DNA of 64,000 nt. Origin: Tricharina praecox (lineage: Eukaryota). The notes under the pieces were generated by a model. The model made no database searches. It was not told where the DNA came from and saw only the letters and a list, made by a program, of their open reading frames with translations. The translations under genes were made by a program, and so were the position numbers. The stretch covers positions 1,240,001 through 1,304,000 of the forward strand of contig NW_026250408.1 of assembly GCF_024521635.1 (NCBI RefSeq), given 5' to 3'. The stretch's first letter is position 1, and every line of letters begins with the position of its first letter. Below are positions 1 through 10,274 of this stretch, in pieces.

Positions 1-303
1 TAGTCGAGAAGACTATCCGAAGAGAGCTGACGGCGACTCAAGGCTAGGCCGCGGAACTCCGATGCAAAGGAAGCAACGAAGCTACGTTAGGCCGCACTCT
101 AGAGGAATCACGTGCTGAGGATCGGGACGGCTATAAGTCGAACCGAGCGGGCAACCGAACAAAAACACAATCATCGCACCGAACAAACCATCGAACAAAC
201 ACCCTTAAGATTATTCCGTTGTGTATTATCGAAATCCCTGACTTTTATTCTATCCTCGACTTTACTATAGACTCCGGCGGCACAAACCCGTCCCAGTCTC
301 ACA
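1..303 (+). mobile_element. 3' part of an LTR (family A), inserted into the integrase region of a Gypsy pol
   Basis: Closely matches 4097-4518 once the mini-LTR is removed. Ends ...CCAGTCTCACA and abuts pol codons directly. The left end lies outside the window. Confidence 0.85.
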
Positions 304-2952
304 GGTACTGGGAGGGGGCGCAGGACACCATAGGGTGCGTGCCGGGTGGCCTTGGTTCGCCGGCAGGTGTGGCAGTTTCGGACAAACTGGTCAACGTCCT
401 TTCGCATCTGTGGCCAGTAGTACCTTCAAGCAAGTAGTTCCAGGGTTTTTGCGCGCCCTGGGTGCCCCATGGTCGGTGGGCCGTGGTGGTCCTGGATCAG
501 TCGTAGTCGGAGTCGGTCGTACTCTGGAACATAGAGGCAGTCTCGGTAGATCAGTCGCCCGTTGACTTCGCGGCATTCGGCCAAGGAGATCTCCTTCAAG
601 TGGCGTGTACCATTTCGGAGTAGCTCGAGGATTCGATTTGGGACGGGGTCTATGTCGTAGCCTTCTGTTATCAGTGACGTGAGGAGGGGACGGTCTTGTT
701 CGGGTGTGTTGGTTGCTGCCAACCGGAGTTCTTCCGGTAGGTTGTCCGGTTTCAGGACTGCCTGCTGGTTGGCGAGCAGTCTTTCATCCCCTTCTTTAGG
801 GAGGTCTCCTGACCTCCTGGTCAGTGCATCCGGTTTTCCTCCCGCTTTGCCTGGTCGGTAGACAATCTTGAAATGGAAACGGGAAAGGAACTCTGACCAT
901 CGCGCTTGTCGTCGGTTGAGTAGTTTCGTTGTCATGAAATACTCCAGATTCTTGTGGTCGCTTAGGACTTGGATGGGGTGAGGAGCGCCATCCAAATGTG
1001 GTCTCCACTCCTCAAAGGCGCGGATGATTGCAAGGAGTTCTTTGTCATAGATCTCGTAGTTGCATTCTGCCGGGGAGTGTTTCTTGGAATAGAATGCCAC
1101 TGGGTGCAGGATTCCCTCGTTGTCGTACTGAGATAGCACTCCGGCAGAGACGTAGTCGGAGGCGTCAGTTTCCACTACTATTTGCCGATCGTAGTCGAAG
1201 TGCCGGAGGATCGGGGCCGAGGTGAATGCTGTTTTTAGTTCGTCGAATGCTTTCTGCTGTTCCGGTCCCCACACGAAGGGAACATACTTTCCATCCTCCT
1301 TCTTGGTCAATGCTGTCAGTGGGGATACCACCTTGGAATAGTCTTGGATGAATCGCCGGTAGAAGTTCGCAAATCCCAGAAAGCATTGCACATCGGTGAC
1401 GGTACTCGACTCCTCCCATTCCAGTATACAGGAGACTTTCGCGGGGTCCATCTTGATCCCGTTTGTTGTAATGATCAGTCCCAAATACTTGACTTCCGTC
1501 TGGTGGAAATGACATTTTTCGGGTTTGAGATGTAGACTGGCTGCTGATAAGGCCTGAAGTACTTTCCTGACATGTTTCCGGTGTTCATGTAAAGATCCGC
1601 TGTAAATGAAGACGTCATCGATGAATGCGGTACAGAAGCCGTCGAGGAACGGGCGTAGCACATCGTTGATCAGAGCTTGGAAGTCGGCAGGGGCGTTGGT
1701 GAGGCCGAAGGGCATGACGAGGGATTCGAAGAGCCCATAGCGTGTCCGGAAGGCAGTTTTCCACTCTTGTTCTTCCGCCATCCGCACAAGGTTGTAGGCA
1801 CCGCGGATAACCAGGGTGGTGAAGTATTTTGCCCCGGATAGCCGCATCAGAGTTTCTTGGAGGAGTGGGAGTGGGTACCTGTTCTTGATTGTTCCTTCGT
1901 TCAGGCCCCTGTAATCCACACACAGGCGTAGGGAGCCGTCCGATTTCTTGACAAACAGGATTGGCGATGCTGCTGGAGAGGAAGAGGCACGGATGAAACC
2001 TTTGCGGAGGTTGTCGTCAAGCCATTCCTTCAGTGCGACAAGCTCCGTTTTCGAAAGTGAGTACAGGGGTCCGTATGGGGGCGTAAATCCCTCCTTGAGT
2101 GGAATCTTATGGTCGTAGTGTCGGTGCGGGGGCAAGTTCTGGGCAAGGGCTTCAGAGAATAGCGGTAGGAACTCGTGGTATTCGTGAGGGATATGTGCCG
2201 TGGGGTCCTTGTTTCCTTCCAGTGCGCCGTTGACCTCGACAAGCGTGGTGTTGAAAATCGTGAGGCTTTCCTTGTTGACCAGTTCTTGGAATGACTCCAT
2301 CTGTAAGGCTGAGATTCTGACTGTGCTTTCCCTTGAAAGGTTAGTGCATTCTTGGTGATTCTTCCTTGGGGGAGACGTAATGTAGCGGGCCACGATGTCG
2401 CCGGCCCCCGCGCTTACCGCTGGCTCTTGCTGAGCTGCTTTTGACGCGAGAGCATACGTGGATACGTCAGGCGGGTCGGTGGTGATTCCATGTGCAACTG
2501 TGGGCACCGCATTGCAATTGGCTGTGCAGTATTGGGAGCCGAAGGTGAGGGTTCGGGAGCTGAACCGGATGGCCACATCGTGGAGGTCCATCCAGGGGAT
2601 TCCGCGTACAACGGGGTAGTGGCCTAGTTTGGTGACAAACATAGGGATTTTCTCGTGGTGTTCCTGTATGGACAGGGTGGTGGTGGCAACATGTGTGATG
2701 TCGCCTGACTCGATGGGACGGCCATCGATGACTTGGAGACTTTGCGGGCATTTCAGGGGTACGAGGGGTAGGTAGTGATGGCGGGCGAAGTCTTTGTCTA
2801 CAAATGCAATTCCGGCCGCCCCACAATCGATCAGCGCATGCGTGGCAATAGTTTTGCCACCAAACGAAAGGTTACACAATACAACGAGATGTTTTCCTTC
2901 CATTGATTATTCTTCCACAACCATTCCTGGCACTCAAGTCCATGGCTCCGGG
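304..2952 (-). pseudogene. Defective Ty3/Gypsy pol (protease-RT-RNase H-integrase Zn finger) with a gag tail remnant
   Basis: ORF 426-2903 has LIDCGA protease, RT motifs (LCVDYRGLN, MPFGLTNAPA, FIDD) and RNase H (ETDASD, EIYDKELLAI). The HHCC region frameshifts into ORF 171-407 (CHTC...RPLPVP), which LTR-A cuts at 303. RT motif A reads TLVIRGAY (catalytic Asp lost). Removing LTR-B restores gag-like TGTAPGAMDLSAR. Confidence 0.95.
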
Positions 2953-3691
2953 TGTGACACCCTGGTCGCAGTCGGCCCGACTTCAGGGTCCGGCTTCTTA
3001 CCAACGGGAGTTTGGGAAAAAATAGTTAGATAGATCGGGGAACAGGAGGGAACCTTTTAGATTAGTCGTAGCTAGTCAGAGACGAGATAGGAAGGAAGGA
3101 AGCAAACGGAACCAGAGTCTAGGTGGGATCGGAGGCGCAGCGATACGCACGAAAAGTCCGATACAGTCATGCTTGGCTTGAGGCAGGCGAATCGCGGAAC
3201 AAGCGCAGAGAAAACTCTGATCGGAGAAAAACCACTATGACGAGTGTTGCCCCTCTTCTCGCGTCTTAAGCAAATTAGAGACGTGCCGAAAGGCGCAGCC
3301 GTTGCCCAGCGAGGAGATAGCTGAAACCGGACTATGCTCGGGTAAGGATTGGTGCGCCATACCTGCCTAGTTTGTATAAACTATCCTGAAGGCTTACGAC
3401 GACTCTGATGACATGGCGGAGAAAGTCTCCGCACCAAAGTGCAGAGATTTCACGCCAGGGTTCCATCCGGCAACAAGCTACGGCAACGGCCGGCACGTGA
3501 CTCGACCAAATCACCCAACTATATAGACTTCCGACGACACGGCGAAAGATTCATCATCAGAACCAGCAACCAGAAAACCATCGACACTACCCCTTAAGAT
3601 TATTCCGCTTGTGAAAAGAATACTATCTATTTTCATTCTAAACCCCATTCTATCAATCGACTCCGACGACCGAAATCGTTCCAGTCTCACA
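2953..3691 (+). mobile_element. Solo LTR (family B), 739 bp
   Basis: TGTGACAC...GTCTCACA termini, exact 5-bp TSD CCGGG (2948-2952, 3692-3696), TATA-like CTATATAG near 3519. A close inverted copy starts at 63519. Confidence 0.92.
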
Positions 3692-3709
3692 CCGGGGGCC
3701 GTTCCTGTG

Positions 3710-4518
3710 TGTGACACCCCGATAGGTATCAGAGGTCACGACGGTCGCAAGAGATGAGATTAGATAGTCCGGGTGGTTAGAATAGAGTTGCGAGCCGAAG
3801 GGATAGTTAGAAGTGATCAAGGACAAGATAGAAAGGATGAAGCAAACGGATCCCAGAGTCTTGACAGTGATCGGAGATGCGGGTGATCGGGATAACAGTC
3901 CAGAGGACTTTGAGATCTCTGTTCATAGGGCCCCGCAGTAGGAACTCCGATCCAGGGAAAAACTGTTATGACGAGAGAATCTAACATCGACCGATGGGGG
4001 CAGAGAACTTCGAGCGAAGAACTCTGCCGGCGCATGAGGGAGATAATTGCTCGGGAACTCCGATCTATCTTGGGCGCGTGGTGTTTACCACCTGCCTAGT
4101 CGAGAAGACTATCCGAAGAGAGCTAACAACGACTCAAGGCTAGGCCGCGGAACTCCAATGCAAAGGAAGCAACGGAGCTACGTTAGGCCGCACTCTAGAG
4201 GAATCACGTGCTGTGGATCGGGACGGCTATAAGTCGAACCGAGCGGGCAACCAAACCAAAAAAACACAATCATCGCACCTGTAATAAAGTACACTGGGAA
4301 AGTACTATACCACTCGACCAAAAGGTATTTTGATGGCTGATGGCCATCATCCCAGTAGCTACTTAAGGCCAGGATTTCTGAACTGTGACAGCACCGAACA
4401 AACCATCGAACAAACACCCTTAAGATTATTCCCCTGTGAATTATCGAAATCACTGACTTTTATTCTACACTTGATAATACCATAGACTCCGACGACACAA
4501 ACTCGTTCCAGTCTCATA
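3710..4518 (+). mobile_element. Full-length LTR (family A) carrying a nested mini-LTR
   Basis: Starts TGTGACACCCCGATAGG, ends GTCTCATA (CA mutated to TA). Homologous to 1-303, 4542-4635 and 61991-62147. No matching TSD. Confidence 0.88.
4280..4390. mobile_element. 111-bp mini solo-LTR-like element, copy 1
   Basis: TGTAATAAAG...CTGTGACA with exact TSD GCACC (4275-4279, 4391-4395). The empty site is visible in the LTR-A copy near 176-180. Confidence 0.93.
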
Positions 4519-4635
4519 CCTTGCCCGACCGTGCCGTTACATCCCTTCGGCTCGCAACTCTATTCTAATCACCCGAACTATATAATCACATCTCTCGCGA
4601 CCGTCGTGACCTCCCATATCTATCGGGGTGTCACA
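4519..4635. mobile_element. Last 23 bp of an LTR-C followed by an inverted LTR-A 5' end
   Basis: CCTTGCCCGACCGTGCCGTTACA (4519-4541) is identical to the LTR-C end at 62634-62656. 4542-4635 is the reverse complement of the LTR-A start. Confidence 0.8.
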
Positions 4636-4661
4636 TCCATCGCCACCCTCCACGGGGTTCT

Positions 4662-4771
4662 TGTAATAAAGTACACTGGGAAAGTACTATACCACTTGAC
4701 CAAAAGGTATTTGATGGCTGAAGGCCATTATCCCAGTAGCTACTTAAGGCCAGGATTTCTGAACTGTGACA
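4662..4771. mobile_element. 110-bp mini solo-LTR-like element, copy 2
   Basis: Near-identical to 4280-4390, with its own exact TSD GTTCT (4657-4661, 4772-4776). Confidence 0.93.
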
Positions 4772-4957
4772 GTTCTAATGGCTATCTCTGTGATGTTTAA
4801 ATCTCAATAACAAGATATCCCCCTTCTCGGATCCTCGGATTCTGGCTGAGTTCTTCCCATGACTGTTTATGGTAATGGTTGATGATGACCAACAGTGGTA
4901 CTAATGTATTCCCATATCCCTGAGGTATGTTGGCAGCTTGCTGGGTGTAACACAGAC

Positions 4958-5145
4958 ACTATATCGATACCGTCGAACAGCATATCAATACAGTCGCTTA
5001 CCATATCAGCATGGCAACATAGCATGTCACTACAGGCAAGCACCATATTGATATGGTCAAGCACCAGACTGGTATATTCAAGCACCATGTGGAGATGGCA
5101 ACATACCATGTCACTACAGCCAAGCACCCTGTCAATACATCACGC
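4958..5145. repeat. Degenerate 21-bp tandem repeat, about 9 units
   Basis: Units such as ACCATATTGATATGGTCAAGC, ACCATGTCACTACAGCCAAGC and ACCATATCAGCATGGCAACAT recur at exact 21-bp spacing. Confidence 0.75.
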
Positions 5146-5336
5146 TTTTTTTGTGGATACTATTTTTCAAAATTATACGTGTCAAGTTATCTCTTTGATA
5201 GCGCCCTGCATAGCGGTACATATTTCCGCCCGACACGCAGTATTTCTAAAATATCGTAGTGCTACCATCTTTTTTACCCCCCCCCCCCCTTCGCTATACA
5301 GTACTTAGGAAAGTAAGTAGGCAGGAAGGTAACCCA

Positions 5337-5521
5337 TATTGATATTATGCGTCTCATTGCCTTTTCCGGTGTCACTGCTACTTTTCTCTATACAGTACTC
5401 TGTCCTTTTGCATCATCGCATACAACCTTCACGGCCTTCACGGCTTCTTAACGTGCATTGTCCCTAACTTCTCACCAGAGTAAGCCTCGTTAAGTAGGCA
5501 CCCAGCCCGAGTCCGGCGACG
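5337..5521. repeat. Dispersed repeat, copy 1 of 2 (partner at 20562-20756)
   Basis: Shared collinear blocks TATTATGCGTCTCATTGCCT, CTCTGTCCTTTTGCATC, GCATTGTCCCT and TCCGGCGACG. Confidence 0.8.
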
Positions 5522-5893
5522 GCTATCGTCGCATCCTCTGTCTGGGGCCCAGCTTCATCTCGTTGTTTACACGAGCTCGTTTCCTTTATAAGCAGTCTCC
5601 TTTTTCATCGTTCTCATCTTTCCCATCTTTCTCGTATTAATACATCAATCAAGTCAAGTTCTTCTCTCAGTTTCAACATAGGTAATCCACCTCCGCAACG
5701 AGTGATACCCATGACTCCGTAACTACACCGGTGCGAACACCGACATACATCCTGACATGTATCCCGACTTGCATTTCGCCATGATCCCCCAATGATCCCG
5801 ACATGCATCCCGACCTGCATCCTCACATATAATGAAGTATGTGGGCGGAAGATCCTCCGAAGACCCTGCGCGTCTGTAACCTGGATGCATATT

Positions 5894-5934
5894 TTTGTTT
5901 GTTTGTTTGTTTGTCTGTCTGTTTGTTTGTTTGT
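5894..5934. repeat. (TTTG/TCTG)n microsatellite
   Basis: Read directly from the sequence. Confidence 0.9.
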
Positions 5935-8900
5935 TACTCCGGAGTCCGCCCTGCGGATCTGGAATGTTTATTAGGTATGGATTGATCATGGATGCCTCGG
6001 CTTGAAATTCGCGCACAATATAGGTACTAAGTATGCAGATCTGCTACTAGTAGGGCGCGGATTCCGTGTGAATTCCGTGCGGATATATATTTTTGATGGC
6101 TAGCGGACCACCTATTACCTAGTAGGTAATGGACCTCATACGACGGATGCATCGGGATTCGGGAGGGCGGGGCTACTTTTCTTGCGGGTGGGTGGGGTGG
6201 ATTTTCTGCCTGGACAGTGAAGTTTCTGCCTGGTGTTTTGGGTTCTCTCAGCCTGTCTCGAACATCATCTGTGTCTGACCCCGAGCTCACAATCGGCCCG
6301 TGTACACTGCACTCTACGGTAACAATATTCCGGGGTAGATAACTACCGGTAACCGGACTTTACTATGCTCTGGGTACGAGTAGATATTCTACTGTAGGTA
6401 GATCACCACATCGCAGTGCAGTGACGGGAATTCCCGCACTCTGTCCATCCAACGTGGAGTCTCTTAGTTTCCGTGCTCGCCACCTATTATAGTACTGCGA
6501 TCCGCCAGCCACAACCAGGAACAGCAGTGGTGCGTAAGTAAGTACGTGTCGATGAACCGATGGCCCATGGGAGGATGGAATGCTCCGAGTTCGAGTTCAA
6601 GTGTTGGAAGAGGTGTGAATCTTTAGGCCCGAATTGACGACAGCAGCAGCAGCAGCTGGATCACCTCCGGTCCGTTGCAGCGTTGGAGCGGCGGGCGTAG
6701 GGCATGGAATCCAAAGAGTGATGTAACCGGGAGGGAGGTGCGGTTGGAATACGGGTATATATGAGAGTAGAATGTTGTCATTCTCACCAGAGGAATACAT
6801 ACCTCATGCGCATAACGTAGGTACCTATGTGTAATGTACGCAACTCGCAGCCCGGGGATTTCATCTTGTATCCTCACCAGCGCGTACATGGTACAATACA
6901 TACGCCATGGTATAGTAGGCCGACAGGTCTGAGGTCTCTCCACGGCGGCCAGTGAGTATACATACAACCATCGCACGTCAGCTCCTACGCTATGCACTTC
7001 AGCATCGGAATGAGTTGAGTTGCGGCACTGACCACTCCCTCACCCTCGCTCACCCTCCTCCCCCCCCTCCTCCTCCTCCTCCTCCGAGCCAAGATACCGA
7101 AGCCGAAACGCCTCCTATCGGAGCAATGGTGGAGTTTCAGTCCTCTGACTGGCTGTCCTAACCCCCCGGGTCGCACGGGTGGCACCATTACGACGCGCCT
7201 CCGGAGTGCGGACTATGCATGCAGTGTGTGTAGCGGTTGGATTTCTTGGTCTTCCTCCGGTTGGCTGCACCGGACGACGTCAACAACGGCGGGACGTAAC
7301 TACCGTACGCAGCAGGCCGAAACGTGCAGTGTTGGATAACTGGATAGTAGAAATCCAGTCCCTTCGTGACGGGGGAGGCACGGAAAGACAAACAGCAGCA
7401 GCGTGGTGGCCCTGGTAGGCGCTGCGCAAGATGGCGAAGTCCAATGGCAGCGAGAATATACTGGTTGCAAAGTAAAGTACATACCAACGGCCGGAGTTTT
7501 TACCTTTTTCCGGAGCTTTCGGTCTCACGAATATCGATGGCATGGGTTGCTTGATAGTTGATTCGAAGCTAGCAAAGTAGTTCCTCGGGATCTCGGCGCA
7601 CTCGACGGAATGGGAGAATTGGAGCGCTTGAGATGCTGCTAGGAGCACCTGCTTAGGTGTGTATGAAGATCGGAGTGGCTGGGTGAGAAAGTTTTTTTTT
7701 GCCTTCTTTCTTTTCTTCTCTTCCGCGGTTCGAAGGCGATGTGTGCGAATCCCACAACCTCGCTCTCTCACTGTCGCTCATCCGATCGTCGCGAGATCGA
7801 TCCGGTCGATTAATATTCGCACACAAAAAATCGAAACTCCCACCGCATCGGATTTTGTTTTTCTCTCGTCCGCGTGGGCGTTGGCAACTTGCCAAGCATC
7901 CGCGCATCGAGCGCCCGCCCTCGCAGCCCTGCAGAGTGCAGAGCCAAGCCACCAAGCAAGCCATCAATCCACCAAGCAACGCCTTCTTCCCTTCTTAGTC
8001 AAGCCGTTAGTTTACCCGAGGCTGGGCGTCGTTCACGACGGCATTTGTTTCGTTCGCTCGGTGTTCTTCGGCAGCTTCTAGGCGGGTCTTGGCTCGTGAC
8101 TGTCCGCGGCTGGAATGGTTGCCCAGAATGCCCAGCACGCCCAGGAAACTTATTCTCGGTACCGTACCGCACGCCGCAGCCGCAATGCACGATGAAGCCG
8201 AATGAGGATCTCTCGGCGGTGCAATGCGGAAGAGTGTCGCGTGCGCTGTGCTTGGCAGTGGACGTCGCATCTGTTTGATTATAGAGAAGAGTGTAGAGAT
8301 AAGTTGTGTTGATGAGGGAGGCTGTTGAGGACTGGAGGAGGGATGGAGGAGGGTGTGACGGAGGGTGTACGAGGAAGGAGGGGTAGATGGAATAGGGTTG
8401 TGCGTAACCAAGTAAGTAAATAGGATTTGTGTAGGTGTTGTATTTACCACGGCGGCGATTGTGGGATCCACTGCGCAACTGCAGTTGCCGATGTAAGCAC
8501 GTAGTTTGACTACTCTAATGGCTTCGGGCTCCGAAGGACGGGGACAAGGCAGAGGCTGGTGTGCAGAGTGGAATAGAGTAGAGCACTCTGGAGTGGGAGC
8601 CTCTGGGTTTTACAGCTGGCGCGGACCGGGGCCAACGAGCGATTCGATCCCTTCCCATCTATCTATCCATATCTACCCATCCAAGTACCAACTCTGGCGA
8701 TTGCAAGCATCTCGTTGAGATGTAGCTGCCGCCATGTTTCCCTGACGTAAGTACCGTAACATGCAATCTGTACATCCGCACCGGGTGAGCATGCCAGGGT
8801 TTTGGACGTACTCGCCGCGATCTGCCTACCCCACCGGGACCTGCCTCGTGGGTGCGATGATTGGCCCTCAGATGTCTCCGCCGTCCCTCCGCAGATGGCC

Positions 8901-9196
8901 GCAGCAGCGGACTCTCGCATGTGGAGAAGCCCCACGGCGGATTCCCCCACGCAAAACTCGTGGTGCTCGGGTGGTGGATCACGGCGTGAAGACGTTAACA
9001 CTGAAGCCTCCGATCCGGTCCGATAACTACAGGCGAAGTGGGCCCTGTTCGGTTCCAGCACTCGTGTTGATACTTTACCATCTGGTCTCGGCCGTCGAAC
9101 TCTACTCGCGCAAAGACGGCGAGAGGGCCGGGAGCTCTTCCGGCTGCTGCTGTCGTTGCCTCGCAAACTCTCTCCCGGAACTGTGATTCGAGGCAA

Positions 9197-9312
9197 AACT
9201 TGAGACTGTCCGGCCGTGACTTCAAGATATCTGGCCGTGAGACTTCAGCACGTCTAGCCGTCAGACTCTAAGATGTCTAGCTGTGAGACTTCAAAATGTC
9301 TGGCCGTGAGAC
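9197..9312. repeat. 23-bp minisatellite, about 5 units, consensus GACTTCAAGATGTCTGGCCGTGA
   Basis: Units start at 9218, 9241, 9264 and 9287, with a degenerate unit from about 9197. Confidence 0.85.
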
Positions 9313-10274
9313 CCTCCCTCCCTCCGAGTGCGTCTGCTTTCTTGCGCCTGATCGGGTGTCGCGTGGGGCATCCCTGAGCTGCTGCTGCCGCTTATCCCAG
9401 CCCCCCAGAGCTGCCGGACATCCGTGTCGAAACGGCCTGACTCCGCACCCTCCGCACCCGCCGCGAAGGAGAAGCAGCAGCTCGGTCTGTCCGTCTAGTC
9501 AGGATGGACCATCTGCAGGTCCTTCGAAGATTCCGACAGGGCGTGCTCACTTTCAATTCCGAATGGACACATGTTTCAGCACTCAATTCTCATTGGCTGC
9601 CCACAACCTCATCTGTCGCCCCCGCCGCCGCCGCTGCTGCTGCGAAACTTTGGCGATACAGTTTGCCTCTGGCCATGCTGCGGACTCTTCCCCCCCTCAC
9701 AATAATCCAATAACTTGGATGGCTTCCAATATCTTTAAGAGGGACTGTCCGCCCTCCCCCGCCTGCTGCATCTTAAGACTCCCCTCCTCCCAAGAAGTCC
9801 TGTTCTCAGAGTACTCCTCCTCTGCCCAAGAACGCACTCGAGCTCCGAGACCTCACTAAGGCCCCGCCTCCTCCCCCGCCCTCCTCCCCCGCCCGAGACA
9901 CTATATACCGCTATCGTCCCGGTCCTCGCGTACGGTCCACTTAACCTTTTCTCACCCCCTCTCCCCATTTCACTGCCGTTATTGGAAAATCACCACTATC
10001 CACTTCGTTTGCTACGAAGGCCTCTTGGTACATAGAAGAAAGGTAGATAATTAGCTTTTTGGAGCAAACGAACCTTCCCCCCCCTCTCCGACGCTGCGTT
10101 GGTTAAGACTGGACTGAAATCTAACTGTCCTTTTTTTCCTTGCCATAGCTCATCGACTCCCCCCCCCCACCCAAGGGTATAATAGCCTAGGCTCTACACA
10201 TCCCGAGTCGACATCAACGCTCCCGCAAACCTCCCACCCCCACATACTGCGGTATCCCCCCGCTTTCCCTCGGA

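Noticed and set aside
3500..3510. 11-mer ACTCGACCAAA shared by LTR-B and the mini-LTR
   Set aside because: Too short to show derivation, and the flanks do not align.
3400..3560. CTGATGA and GAAA in LTR-B as a hammerhead ribozyme (retrozyme)
   Set aside because: No stem II forms between CTGATGA and a GAAA with correct closing pairs, and no matching NUH/stem III arrangement exists on either strand.
6500..9200. Possible small genes upstream of PHO84 (e.g. ORFs 8007-8471, 8663-9196)
   Set aside because: No recognisable domain, and I could not build a consistent spliced model.
9197..9312. CRISPR-like array
   Set aside because: Units are contiguous with no spacers, the context is eukaryotic and there are no cas genes.
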